The notes beneath the pieces are model-generated. The model saw nothing but the letters and a program-made list of their open reading frames with translations, was not told the DNA's origin and searched no databases. A DNA stretch of 64,000 nucleotides, taken from assembly GCA_030704615.1 (NCBI GenBank), contig CM060732.1:64480001-64544000 (forward strand), given 5' to 3'. This stretch comes from Takakia lepidozioides (lineage: Eukaryota > Plantae > Bryophyta). Every line of letters starts with the position of its first letter. The first letter of the stretch is position 1. Of this stretch, positions 10,048 to 23,359 are shown piece by piece. The position numbers and the translations under genes are program-made.

Positions 10048-12743
10048 TGTTAGGATTTTTCCTTGTCATTATGTCTTTTTATTGTTGGTTACACAATGAT
10101 TATAACTTCCTAGGACATTAATGCTCAAAGTTCTGAAACAAATTGAGTACAACCATGAATAATTAGGAATGTCTAGACATGTTTTCGTGTGTATGAGATA
10201 TCACTTTTCCATCTATCTCTATGCAAGTGAATGTCCTTGGTATACTTTCTGTGAGAATCTCCTTCTAGACTGTCTTATGACACAACTAGGTTCTCAACCA
10301 AAGAAGAATAACCACTCTGGTAACCACTCATTTTGAGTGGTAAAAGACACCTAACCACTCTAGCCGAAGGGCGATGAAGAACCAATGGATTTGGACAAGT
10401 CAATGGTAAAAGACACGATGTGTCACTAGTGATTAAGGTCAGTGGTTACAATCATTTGCCTCCGAGTCCATCTATTCGCTGACGTGTCACAGTGGTAAAC
10501 TAACCATTGTGAAACATAGTGATTCTAACCACTTCCATCCCATGCGACGTGACCATAACAAATCCGTCAATGATACTCAGCAACATCCTAACACGTGGTT
10601 TTTCCGTGGACACGTGGAAGTAGCCAGTCCGTGTCGATGATATTGGACTATATATAGACACGTGTCCATTTCCCCATTGGACACGTGTCATATTTTCGGT
10701 GCCATAAAATGGATGTAGTGAAAAATGCAATGACTTCACAAACAACTATGTTGGTGAGCATTAAATAACTCACATAGTCACAAAATGAGAATAAACACTA
10801 CATATATCACTAACGGAGTGGTTATGTGAGTGAATGACATCTCTCATTTAGACTTCATTTTGTACTAATTTCATGTAGTTTTATAAATAGGTCAATGTTA
10901 TTATTCACTGGTGTGAATTAAAATTATGATTCTAGTGGTAGTTTGTTAGACGTCTACCAATATTGATCTAGTTAGGTTGCTAAAACCATTGGCTCAGTCA
11001 TCCAACGTGTCCCACTGAGTAGGAACTATATTTGAATGATTACTACTTGGTATGTAAGTGATTCACAGGGGTCACTATATGAATTTTTTCCATATCACGT
11101 GCGTACGAAGGTATATTTATACTAGGCTATATTTTTTTTTTAAATCATTTTTTCTGTTTTGGGTACTATCCGAGGATGCTTCCTGCAATCTAAATGTGCG
11201 TCAGATCCGAGGATGAACTCATGAGTATATTCTTCCATGGCACCCGATAAGTTAGTACGCTCCAAGTCTTGGCAGGGTGTATTTTTCGTGATCATGTGGG
11301 ATCCGACGGGACCCAACGAGAACAATGACAACATCTTCTGACACTGACAACATGGTTTGCCTTTGATCATTCTACATGGTGTCCTCATCGATGGAGAAAA
11401 CCAATTCACTGCATATCAATCACTCTGTGCGTTGGGACTGGAGAACAATCTGCCCAGCAATCCGCACTTGTAAGGTAGCCTACCCGAATATGTACCAACC
11501 GCTAACCCAATACCAACGGGCTTGAGAATCTTCCACGGGTCCCATCCACAAGTGGCAAAACTGCGTGTAGTAAGGGGGTGCTTTGAGAGACTTTGCAACA
11601 TGTTTAAGTCAATGGAGAAAATGTGGTCAAAGGACCTTACACCTTACAGTCAAGGCTCCCATTGTGCTGAGTCATACTCTTGCCAATGCAAGAGAGCGAC
11701 CCAGGGACACGCAGGACACAGGTTGGAAATTTTAGTCAACAGAGCCTCGGAATGTCGACACCCGTCCGTTTGATTATGGGTTCGCCCTTCCTGACTCCTC
11801 ATGATGCAAGTTGTGCAGAGCTTATATACCCAATTGTGCATCGTCAGTGTCCGCAACATGAGTTTCAGGGCAAATTGGGCTCTCATCTCGCTTTTCAGAC
11901 CAGTGGATTTGGTGCAGAGTCGGCCATACCCAACGTGATTAGTCGGGGCATTCGAGTTTTGGCAATCTGGTGGAAATTGTGAAGAAAGTGAGGTTCTGCC
12001 ATCCTGAATTTTTGGTTTGGATTGAATGTACCCAGCCAGGTGAGGTTTGTCAATGCAGCAAGAACGTCTTAGTCCGCACAGGTATGTAGATTACGTATTC
12101 CTGGGTGAAGAGGATTGGGATTGATACTTCTCTGATTGAGCTTCTTGATTTCACCTAAGAGGATCCGTTCTCGTCGTAGTATGTGGTTTGCACCATTTTC
12201 TGGGCTGAGCTGCCTAATACCGGTGTACATCACTCTTGTATGGTGTGGTTTGAATGGTCGCTTCAAATTTTTGTGGAACTTCGCCTGAGGCTCCACCTTG
12301 CCTTGCAGAAAAAGAGATCGTCTACCTGCCTCAATTGCTTCACTACGTGTGCTGGAGACTTTACCCACAAAATTTGATCGACCACGTAGAGAGATTGTAA
12401 CGAGGTTATATCTCGAGAGCTTTAAATTATTTCAGACCGGCCGTACACACACTCGAAGGAGATGTGAGACCTGTGCTCTTAACTACTGACAATCCGGGTT
12501 TCTGTGTGTGCATCGCTATATTGCGAAGGTACACATTGAGCACTGAACAGAAGGTTGAAGAGAACTAGAGCAATGCGGGGTGTCCAATTCCTCCCTTATG
12601 GATTCATTAAGGTCACTCACAGAAATCGTTCCAAGATCTAGTCACTTCAGGAGGACCTAGGAAACATGACGTGATTCTTGCTTGAGCTGACCACAATTTG
12701 TCGACCGACTTCTAAGCCATTGCCCTTTCTATGGTACTTGCAG

Positions 12744-14479
12744 ATGTCTGAAGCTATGGCAAGCACTGATGCAACGCAGAGAATGGATCCTATTACTCCA
12801 GAATTACAAGCGCAAGCCATGAAAGTTCTCTCCCCTCTCATCTTTGGGCTCGCAGCGGCTATGACGCTTAAGACAGCAGTCGTTCTGGGCCTCCCCGACA
12901 TTATTGCAAAAGCAGGGTCCGAAGGTACACTTTCTCTACAACAAATAGCGTCCCATCTCCCCAGTGAATCTGTTGATGAGCAAGCACTTTCGCGCGTGAT
13001 GAGGGCTTTGGTGCAATATGGGATCTTCTCCGCAAGACAAGTTACGGATTCCGGAAACGTTTCTGTCCGATACGGGTCCACCCCTGCTTCGAAGATGTTG
13101 GTACAGCAGAACAATCCAAAGAGTGTTGCAACTTGGGTGTTGCTTCTTAATCTCCAAAGGGTCCAGGCGCCATGGCAGCACTTTCATGAGACTATCTTAT
13201 ACGGAAAGAATGCGTGGGAAATTGAGCATGGAAAGGTATGAACCCAACACATGATGTGCATTTTCCTGGTAGCTTAAGTTTTATGTCATTGGCCCAGTAG
13301 CTGTTTCTTCAGGCCCTTCCAGTTTGAATCAACTTTGTATCGTCAGTGTTATAATCTTCAACGAACAGTTCATTGTGTTTCTGCATTGTGGCAGAACTTG
13401 TGGGAATACACAGAGGATGACCAAGAATTTAAGGATCTTCTCAATGGAATGATGGGATCCAGTACTGTACAGATAGTTGATGCTATCAAGGGGTATGAGG
13501 GTTTTAAAGAGATGAAGACGCTTGTTGATGTTGGCGGTTGCGAGGGTCACACGCTTGCAAGTATTGTGGCTGCGCATCCTCACATTCACGGAATCAACTT
13601 CGATCTGCCACATGTCATTGCTGCGGCACCTAATTTTCCTGGTATGAAATTATAATGCTTGTGCTGCAGGTCCTAGTCGCAATCTACCAATGTTTATATC
13701 TGAATTCTGGGGACATGAGAGCTGGTTATTGCGACACAAAGACTTTAAGACTTGATTGGTGGCGTGTAAGTTTCCCCCTTCACATAAGGTTGACAATGGG
13801 AATGCTTGATCCCTCAGCGGGTGTTATTCAAGACTGCTGAAAGTCCACTTTTTAATTTCAGGAGTGGAGCACGTTGCAGGAAGTTTACTAGACAACATAC
13901 CCAGTGGTGATGCCATCCTCATGAAGGTGAGAACTATTTTTAGACTTGCAACCAGGAATTTAGCAATGATCCTTTCTGGTGTATCAATCCCTGGTACCAG
14001 AAGTGTAACCCTACATCTTGAAGATTGCATGCAGAGAGGTTCATAGATACAAGTATTGTTATCTTGAGCAAGGAGGCCTGACCAAAATTGGAGGCCACTG
14101 ATAGTAAATAGTGCACATTATACAACATTATTATGGGAAGGATTTAAGACATATCGAACCATCCAATTGCATTGTGCAGAATGTCATGCATCTATTTGGC
14201 GATGAGCCCTGCCTCAAAATCCTTGAGAATTGCAAGAAGGCACTACCAGTCAATGGGAAAGTACTAATTTACGATCCAATAATACCATCTGTGGTGGAAG
14301 GAAGTAATAGTCCATACAAAGGTGTGACTCCTATAATGGATCTGTTATTGTTGGTCCACGCTGGAGGCGTTGATCGGACAGAAGAGGAATGGAGAAAACT
14401 ATTGTCTGATGGTGGATTTACGAGGGTCAGGTTTCTTTACTTTGAACCTCAACACTGGTTGATTGAAGCATGTCAGTGA
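12744..14479 (+). CDS. SAM-dependent O-methyltransferase, COMT-like family, copy 1, 367 aa
   Basis: Exons 12744-13235, 13395-13641, 13862-13926 and 14180-14479 (GT-AG, total 1104 nt, open frame). Dimerisation domain LKTAVVLGLPDII; motifs LVDVGGCEG, GINFDLPHV, IPSGDAILMK, CLKILENCKKALP, GGVDRTEEEW. Confidence 0.95.
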
Positions 14480-14714
14480 CCTTCTCTTGTCATGGGAGTG
14501 ATGACTACTGTTGAAGGCTCAGAAATAGGACACTGAAGCAAATGCTCAGTCAATCAACTTTCAAGCACAGAAAGACTATGAACACACTGAAGATAATTTC
14601 ATAACAAAGTTCTTCTTGAACTCTTGGTATACAACAGAGGGTTCGAACAGGCAGAGCCCAATTGTGACACTTCTGACTAGCTTATAGATGTGTATGGATA
14701 AGTGTGGTATTGAC

Positions 14715-16076
14715 CAGTGTTGGACTAGTATCGTATTTTGAACACACCAGGCTGGTACTGGTATATAGGCCTCCGGCCAATTGTGATACCAGGGAGGTAC
14801 TGGTATTGGCAAAAATATGAGATATGGATACCAAATATCAATAATACCTGATTGGTGTTGTGTTTTACGGGTATCAATAGCAATAGTTTTCAGAAATCGA
14901 TACCAGGGTATTATCCGGTGTTGGGCGGTTACCCGCCTGGACCCAGGTTAACCGCCGGTTCAGGTTCAGGTTAACCGGAACCGGACCGGAACCGGAACCT
15001 GCCAATGGGGATGGGCGCAGAATCGAACCTGCGGTTCCTGCTGGGTGTGAGAACCGGAGAAAGGGGGCGCAGTGGGATAAAAACAGGTTCCGGTTCTTGA
15101 CCCCTTGGTGGGGCTGGTGGCCCAGGGCAAAACTTATTTAATGCTCTCAAGCTCCTGGGATCTTGGGTTCAATGCTTGAAGGCCATGAGATTCTATGTTC
15201 AATGCTTCAGCGCAATGAGATCTGGGGTTCAATCTCCAGCTCCATGATATCCTAGCTAAGTTCATTAATAAAATGTTTGAAGATGCCAATACTTGCCAGG
15301 TAGCTGAATAGTACTTTCAACCCATAAAATTTTACCCATTTTCTTTTACCAGTTTATTTAGAGTATTTTTGTTTGTTTTTTTGTGTTAGTGAAAACTAAC
15401 AAAATCGTTGGATTTTAGTTCAAATATGTGAATACACTGCTATGTAATCTACCGGACTGATAAAATATTTTAAATTTAATTTAATTAAACAAATATATGT
15501 TTAAAATAGAACCGGAACCTAACCGGAACCGATGGTTTTTATCAGCAACTAATCGGTAACCGGAACCGCCCCCATGTTTAAAAGTTGGATCCAGAACCGG
15601 CTCAATAAAAAAAAACCGGAACCGGATCCGGAACCGTCTCTTGAAATAATTGTGGAACCGGAACCGAAGGTTTCTTCACAAATGCAAGAACCGCCCAACA
15701 CTGGTATTATCCATACTGGTCTGGTATAAGAAAAACTCATGATATGTTAAATATTGAAAGGCCCACTTCTGATATAAATGTGTACAAGCATGCTTCTCAT
15801 TGATTTTATTCCTCAAAGTATTCCTCAAGTTCCTCAAAGTATTGATACCTAGGTTTTCTTCACAAATATGGATATGGTACTGATATCAGGTACCAGATTT
15901 TCAAACCCACCGGACTGGTAGGGTATCGTCCACAATATTGGAAAGCAGATACCAGGCCAATACGGGTATATGCTAGGTAGTGTCCTCATGTGATATCAGA
16001 CTGGTCTAGGTACTTCATACCAATATACATACCAATATTGATACCAATTTCTTATGGGTATACCAATCCAACACTG
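14715..16076. mobile_element. Non-autonomous hAT element (MITE A)
   Basis: TIR CAGTGTTGGA...TCCAACACTG; 8-bp TSD GTATTGAC at 14707-14714 and 16077-16084; GGTAT/ATACC subterminal repeats. Confidence 0.85.
14916..15703. mobile_element. hAT MITE C nested in MITE A
   Basis: TIR CGGTGTTGGGCGGTT...AACCGCCCAACACTG; 8-bp TSD GTATTATC at 14908-14915 and 15704-15711; GAACCG subterminal repeats. Confidence 0.9.
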
Positions 16077-16084
16077 GTATTGAC

Positions 16085-16721
16085 CAGTGTTGTAGGGATA
16101 CGTCCATTTTAACATACCAGACTGTTAATGGTAGGTCCAACTTGGCTCTTGGGTCCAACTGGTAGGGCCCGGGGTAGATTAAGACTGTCTGGTAGGTTAT
16201 AGGATGGGTATGGGTATTTCCAATTCTGAGATACCCCGGTCCAGGCATGGGTATGGCAAAAACTCAAATGACATATAGGTGGAGCATATGGGGGGAGCAT
16301 GTGCAATGGTATGGTATACCCCAACAGTCATCATATTGTATTCAAAGCTGAAATTAAAACCAAATTGAGGACAACATACAAAAGGTAAAAGAAAATTGCA
16401 ATCACACATACCCATGCAAACTAATTTGTATTGCTTATAAATTAGTGAAGGTCTTTGTATTGTAAGGTTGGATTGTAACAATTGGGAGAAAAGCTCGATG
16501 CCATGATTAAAACTGAAGAAATCCTACATATTGTACCTTGTATGCTGATCATTGTATGCCATACCTTCTACCCCTATTATATCATTACACATACCCATGC
16601 TAGCTTGGGTTCATCAATCCTCAATACGGGTCTCAAGCGGAGTATGAAAGTAGTTCATACTTAGATTGGTATGGTAGGTAGGGGGGTAGGTCCAGTACTG
16701 GCACATACCAATACAACAGTG
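16085..16721. mobile_element. hAT MITE B abutting MITE A
   Basis: Ends CAGTGTTGTA...TACAACAGTG; flanked by GTATTGAC at 16077-16084 and 16722-16729. Confidence 0.8.
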
Positions 16722-19700
16722 GTATTGACGCGAGATATTGGTGCACGCGTTTTTAGTGCAAAATTAATGCGAAATCGGTGAATACTAATAGCGTAGTCAA
16801 TTTTGCATTAAAAACGTCAATATGTCGCACGTTAAACATGTTAATATCACACATACCTATGCATCATGGCATTCATGCCCATCCTATTGATGATGCGTGG
16901 AGCAAGTTTGTGATAAGGCTATTAATAGGACGTCGATGGAATTTTTGGACTAGTAGCATTCGAGAAGACCCCCTGCTATCGGATATAGCAGGAGCCAGGA
17001 CGGTGGCGAGGTGTTATGGCGACTTGCTATATCCGGTAGCAGGGGCTCCTCTCGAGCGCTACCGGACATAACCGGCTTTTAGGGCAGCGAGCCAATGTTT
17101 ACCCTTGTACGTATCTACCACCACGTTTGTGCCTATGTACCTACCTCCTCGTTCCTATCTAGACTCTCGCGTTTCGTGGAGATTTTTGTGGTGCTTCTGA
17201 AATGGAAGGGAGAAAATCTATCAAATCTTCAGGTGGACCGAGAGCTTCTCATGTTACTAATGGTGTCTATCAAGCTTTATCAGTTGCTGGAAGTGGCGAT
17301 TGTAGTAAGTCTGCAGATGTACATGATCAGGCGTCTTTTGACTTACATTACAATAATGTTGATGTTGAGGGGAGCGATTCTAATAAAAGGAAGTGCATCC
17401 TTGTATTGGTCAGCCACCACACCCTGTCCGAGGTGTTATGAGGTCGGGTGATGATTCTCTCTTGATCGATGCTTCTACTGCATCTTGTGGCTTAACAGTT
17501 GAACCATGTTCTTTAGTCACAAATGATATTGTTCAAGTTACATCAAGTTCTTCATCTACTACAGGTGTTTCCAACCCTAGTAGAGGGTAGCTTTATACCT
17601 CAAACAACCTATTCATGGAAATGGCTTGAATTCAGCCACAGATGACATATACTACAGACATATATTACACTAGTTGGCCTCCATTTTTCAAAATTGTATG
17701 TAACTTGGAGACCCATAAAATGACAATACACTGTTTCATTTTTGTAAAACAGAATAAACAACAATGTTCAGTGCAGTCCGTTGTGTATATTTGTTGTGGT
17801 ATGATCTTTGTTTGAACGGGGGAATGCTTGCGCGTGAGCCTGTGAGCCTGGCTAGGCTCACGCCACGTCAGCAAGCATCCACGTGTTCAGGCCCTATTTC
17901 CGTCCCCCCCCCCCTTATTACCACGGATCAGCTGTCGCCTATGTCCTAATTTTTTATCCCTCTTCATTGCCCCCACATGAATATTCTTTGTGGCCGAGAA
18001 CAATGGCAGGTTTGCGGATGAATTATGATTGAGGTCATGACTTTGGAATGAGGAGATCGCCCACTAGAGAACTGAATATTAAAAGCAAAAAAAAATTCTT
18101 GGCAAAGCAGTACATTCATTCCAACACACAAACATTTTTCAATTCCGCAATCCGAAGACCTACCCTAGGCAATCCCTAACTGTACTTACGGGAACGCGCA
18201 AAGAACTTGAAAAACAGTTTGGGGATGGAAGCAAAACCAAAACACAATTTATTGAGCCTCGGTACTTGAACCTAAAGAAATATTGGAGGTTTCAGAGGAA
18301 CCACTTCCAGAGTTTACAGCAATATCATCTATGAATACAGCAGCACATCCATGACGTTTTTTTTTTCCACGACCTTCATGGAGATGCGAATACAGTGTTT
18401 GTTCGGATAACACCCGTGCGCAAGCTTCCGCGTAAACCGGCAAGCGGTTGGATCTAGGGGGACTCGGGGACATGTAGTATCCTTGGAAACCGAAAGGTGT
18501 CTGCTGATTCGATGACTGGTGCCGAACTCTGAAAAGCAAGAAGAGGAATGGTGGTAGATGTTAACATCCAGATATAGACAATGTAAGCCACTATTTGTCG
18601 AACGGGAACGACACAAGGAAATGCAACATATTTTGCACGACTACAGAAGAACTTACTCACACTCAAAATCGGAGTCCACGTCCAGATCCTCGTCAGGCGC
18701 TTCGGGCTCCTCCAGAAGTCCCTCTGTGGATGGGGCAGAAGTAGTGTCCGACTCAAGCTGACGAAGCTCGCTTGAGAAGAGCTCCGTATCAGCTTCCATG
18801 CCGAGGAAGTGCCTTCCGGCGCTCTTGCAAGCATGAAAACATGCTCCTGCAAATCCAAGAAGAACGAGAAATAAAAACAGGGTTTCCCTAAGGTCACTGC
18901 CCATATGTCAAACACAATGTGAAGGGCCCCACCTGTGCCCATAGACAAGTCAACCACCCGCCCACCATGACGGCTGCATGTCTCCACCAAAGTCTGCATG
19001 AAAGCTGGAGATTTCTCCCGTGCACCTCTCCAAGGGACACCAATCGACCTTTTCATAGTTCGACCCGAGTCGACGTAATTGAAGATAACATCATCCTCCA
19101 CAGGCTCGCAGGTGGGGTCAATGTGAGCTGCAAGGTCCCTCAACTGAAACTCAGCAACACCAGGAGGAAGAGTGTCATTCCGCCTCACCAGGCACAAAGC
19201 TTCGAACACCCGTGTCTGTCAATAATCACGAAGAGAGCATGAGACAGAAGACATAACCCACCATTTTGATTTACCGAAAAACCACGAAACATCAATTGAA
19301 AGGAACCAACTCACTTTCTGCCCCGGGAACTTGCCCTTCGTAAGAGGCAGAGTATTGATGCATGTCCAAGTTTTGATGACACGAAACCCGGAAGCTTTCA
19401 TGTAGCTGAAAAGAGTTCTTCGAGCCGACATGTCCTTTGACTGCATGAGAAGAAGAGCCCCCGAGTCTGAAAGGAATTTGTTGCTGAACGAGAAAGCCCA
19501 CGCCAAAACAGGACACACCATTCGATGAAGTTGTTTTGAGAAACCTGAACGACAATGCCGCAGCAATTGCCCCATTGGTTGACAAAGACATCCAGGACAG
19601 AATCATTTCTGCTCTGGCTGCAAAAGAGCCCGAGAAAACTGCTACTCCAAAACGAAAGGGGAAGATTCTTGGGGATCCGAAGGGGAAGGGGAAAAGTGCA

Positions 19701-20350
19701 GCTCCGCAAGGACAGGGACCGTCAGAGGTTCCTGAAAGACAACCTTCTCCCACAAGGAGGGATAGGAGAATATAAAAGCCGAGGGAGCAACACTTATGTC
19801 TAAACTGTTGTATGAATAATTGTGTTTTGGCAACTTGTTGTGGCTTGTCCAGGGGATTGATCTCCTGTTAGATTTGGATTGGGCTTCTTACACTGTCACC
19901 TGTTTTTTTGCTGTAGGTCACAAAAAGTCCGGAATGGGTGAATGGAGTTCAGCAGGCATACGCGATTGACCTTGTGGTGCTGGACATTCCTGACGGTTTT
20001 CCTGTCCCTGATGTGTTCCCTTCCAATTCGACCCCGACTTGGAACAAATCGAATTCTCGTTACTGCAGGTCGAGGTACCACCCACAGTCTCTGAAGTGCG
20101 CCCTGCTCCAGTCTTTGGCAATACCAGCCGTGTACATTGTCTTGTCATTGGAGGGGTCAGCCCATGAATAGATGAAGTCTGGGTCATCGCTAAGGTACTT
20201 TCCCGGTATGAGGATATGATACATATACCTGAATTACACACCAAAAACCCAGACAATCATTCGATCTGAAAATGAAAAAGAACACACATCCGGAAAAAGA
20301 TATTGAAATGCAGGAAGGCAACACTCAGAAAATGAACTTTTGCAATCCCG

Positions 20351-20976
20351 AATCAACCTTGCGTTGACGCAATGTTGATTCAAGCAGAAATGGGAAACAC
20401 CGAATGATAATGTTGTGTTGATAGAGACAACGACTGACAAGCGCAATTCAACATTGCTTCAAAGCAAGGTTGTTTTCATTCACAGAGGAAATGGAAAACA
20501 CTGCTTGAAAACTACCATGTGACTATGTACTGGTGCGGATATTCAACATTGCGTTGGCGCAATGTTGAAATCCTCTGTTGAAACACATGTCAATGGTATC
20601 TGATAATCATAAGTTTCCTACAATTGTATGGAAATTGGGAGATTGCTGCGGGACATTTCCAGCAATCCATACCGCCAAACAACGTTGCGTCAACGCAAAG
20701 ATGTTTGTTGGTATAGTGAAAGCTGTAAATAGCATTTCAAACAGACTCCAAACAGTCTTATGTTCATCTTGGCAGCATTGGAAATGGATTTGAACTACCC
20801 AAAACCATAGGAAAAGTTACATAGCCTACCACTTCATCAACCTTGCGTTGACGCAAGGCTGATTTTCCTGTCAGTTTATCCCCTTTCACATGCAGAAAAA
20901 CGGCATTATGGGATACCCTGGTATAGGTAACTGAAACCAGGACAATGGGATACAACCTTGCGTTAACGCAATGTTG
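20351..20976. repeat. Six dispersed palindromes in an intron of the cargo gene
   Basis: Consensus (AT)CAACCTTGCGTtgACGCAAGGTTG(AT) at about 20351, 20447, 20542, 20678, 20836 and 20953. Confidence 0.92.
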
Positions 20977-22832
20977 CTCGACTGCACATGCAGAGCCCTC
21001 AGAGATCCCTCAAAGCCCTGCAAATTCGCAATTCTTTATGGAAAGAACGACACGACACAAGAATGCAGAAACATACCCTTCAAGTACCAAATTTGATTTA
21101 AGGAGGTCACACCTGTTTAACACTCGTTTCATTGTCTTGCTTGCTGTTGTACTGGTTTTTGAATTCGTACGACCTGGAGATTCCTTTGTCTTTGTCAAAC
21201 TCCCTGAAGAAGCAGTTTTTCCAAACAGCGAGCTTCCATCTCCTGATGTAGGCCTCCAGTGTGATCCGGGGGCAAGCCATCTGGATTTTATAGTCTGCCA
21301 TCGACTCAGCAAGTGCAGCCACTGTACGTTTTTCCAACTGCAACAAGAAAGCTCATGAGAATTTGGGAGAGGTTACGGAGCAACACAAATGTCTGAAAAT
21401 GGTTTGGTGGAAACCTTACCTGGCTCCAGAATGTGGCTTTGTGTAGCCACTGGTCGAATGTGTGATCGCTAACAACTTTTATTGCTTGTGTCTTCGGGTC
21501 CCTCTCTGGAGTTGGGAACATGTTTGTGTCTCTCACAAGAGGATCCGAATTCCATATCTCCAACCACCTGATTTTGGTTGCATTGTCCACCATTGAAATG
21601 GAAATGCGATGTAGTTTCTCTTGAGTCATTTCTGGCTTGGAGCCATACTTGTCATAGTGTGCTTTCACCTGCTCCAGAAATTCCGTGCCAAGACCTGGAT
21701 CTGCTATCCGGATTTGTTTGTCAAATGCACTCATGAGGTTCTTCCTTTGATTATTCATCTCGAACTTCATCATGTCCTCAAGCCCAGTTGCAGACCGCTG
21801 CTCTTCTGTGTGGGAATCATAGTACTCTGCTTTCGCCTTCAAACCAGGTAAAAAGAATCAAACACTGGCGTTTCTTCACAAAATTTGCAGTAACAACAGG
21901 CAAACACGTGTCAAGAAGCTTACAGTGTACATGTAGTCAAGAAAAGCCTCCCTCGTCAAGCTGTACCATGTGCTTGTCTTCTTCTCAGCACACCTCTTCA
22001 TCTGCTGAGGACTGAGCACGTTCGTGAATGACTCCAGTGGCATCAGCCCTACCTTCTGGATGCGGAATAGAGTGTGGCACAGATTGGTCGTCACATGAGA
22101 TGTTTCATTGGACCTGGAAAAACCTTCAACTCATAAGATGATTTCAAATTGTCGAAACGCGGAACAAACACAAAGTTGGAAACTTACTTGTTTATGTCGT
22201 GCATGGCTGTCAAGAGCTGTGTGACACGTCCTTTGTGATCGAGAACCATGGAAACCACGCTCCAGTGCCATTCGATCTCATCCGAGTGCAAGCTTGAAAT
22301 GTAATCCATCTAGGCAAGCAGTCCGTGGTTCCCATCCCAGACAAAAAACATCTTTCCCATGAATGCTTTTGTGGAGGCCTTTTTGGACAGCTTAAACTCG
22401 AACTCCCTGTTTACATCCCGCCAGCATGCATCCCAACTTTGCTCAATGTCCTCTGTTACAAGACACTCCTCTCCTTTCGTGTTCATAGTGGATACGTAGA
22501 ACACTGCTGATCCCTTGACATAGCCATGAACAAAGTCGTTCTTCAACTTCGTTATATCATTCCTCAATGCCGGTCGAACAGCGGGCATGGAGATCATCCT
22601 GCACAGCGGAATGACCAGGTTTCCGCCAGGAACCTCCATCGACAGAATCACCTTCGACGAGTTCACTTTTTGCCCACCCATTATCTCCTCGGCCTTGTCT
22701 TCATAGTGTCCCTCCAATGAGTCTTCCTCACCTTCACCTTCTGACGCAACCAAATCTTCCCCCTCGGATTTCTTTTTTCTTTTCCTCTGCACACAATGAA
22801 TACTCTGTGAGTGACAGATTGAGCTCCGATGG

Positions 22833-23359
22833 ATCAACCTTGCTTTGACGCAAGGTTGATTGATGGGGATGTAGTTTAGACTGAAAAGCATACAGGAAAA
22901 ACTTTTGAACCCAAAAAATGCTTTGCGTTGACGTAGGGTTCTTTTGGGAGCTTCAAATAATCAACTTTCCCTACCTTATAGTCCAGGGTATGAGAGTTCG
23001 GACGCTTCGATTGAACAAAAAAGGCATCAAAACCAGCCTTGCATCAACGCAAGGTTGATTCCTGTGCGGCATCTGTTCGTTTCACCAGAAGTTCTAAACA
23101 TACACTATAGAGGTCGGCATCAACCTTGCGTTGACGCAAGGTTGATTGCGAGCTCTCGGATCGGGGTTCAACAAACAAAATATCTACAGGAAAAGGAGAT
23201 TGTTGTCTCTGCTTCTTCTTTGCAATTGATGATGCGTCGCAAGCATGCATATTTGTCTAGCTTGATTGTAGTGCAACATCTGCACTGTTTTGATGCCCAA
23301 CATATACACTTAGGAGGTCGACTTCAACCTTGCGTTGACGCAAGGTTGATGTCGACCTC
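22833..23359. repeat. Five dispersed palindromes in the first long intron of the cargo gene
   Basis: Same motif at about 22833, 22918, 23033, 23119 and 23324. The last extends to a 46-bp near-perfect palindrome at 23314-23359. Confidence 0.92.

Noticed and set aside
10300-10940. CACTA element (CACTAG...CTAGTG, TAACCACT repeats)
   Set aside because: Only a 6-bp terminal match and no 3-bp TSD.
11153-12490. Short ORFs upstream of the OMT
   Set aside because: No recognisable domain; frame-breaking indels between the two duplicate copies.
16730-17810. Coding gene in the MULE-1 target region
   Set aside because: Fragmentary ORFs without motifs; short inverted repeats suggest a decayed TE, but it cannot be classified.
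20351-23359. CRISPR-like array (palindromic repeats with unique spacers)
   Set aside because: Spacing is irregular and long, the repeats lie in spliceosomal introns of a eukaryotic transposon, and no cas genes are present.
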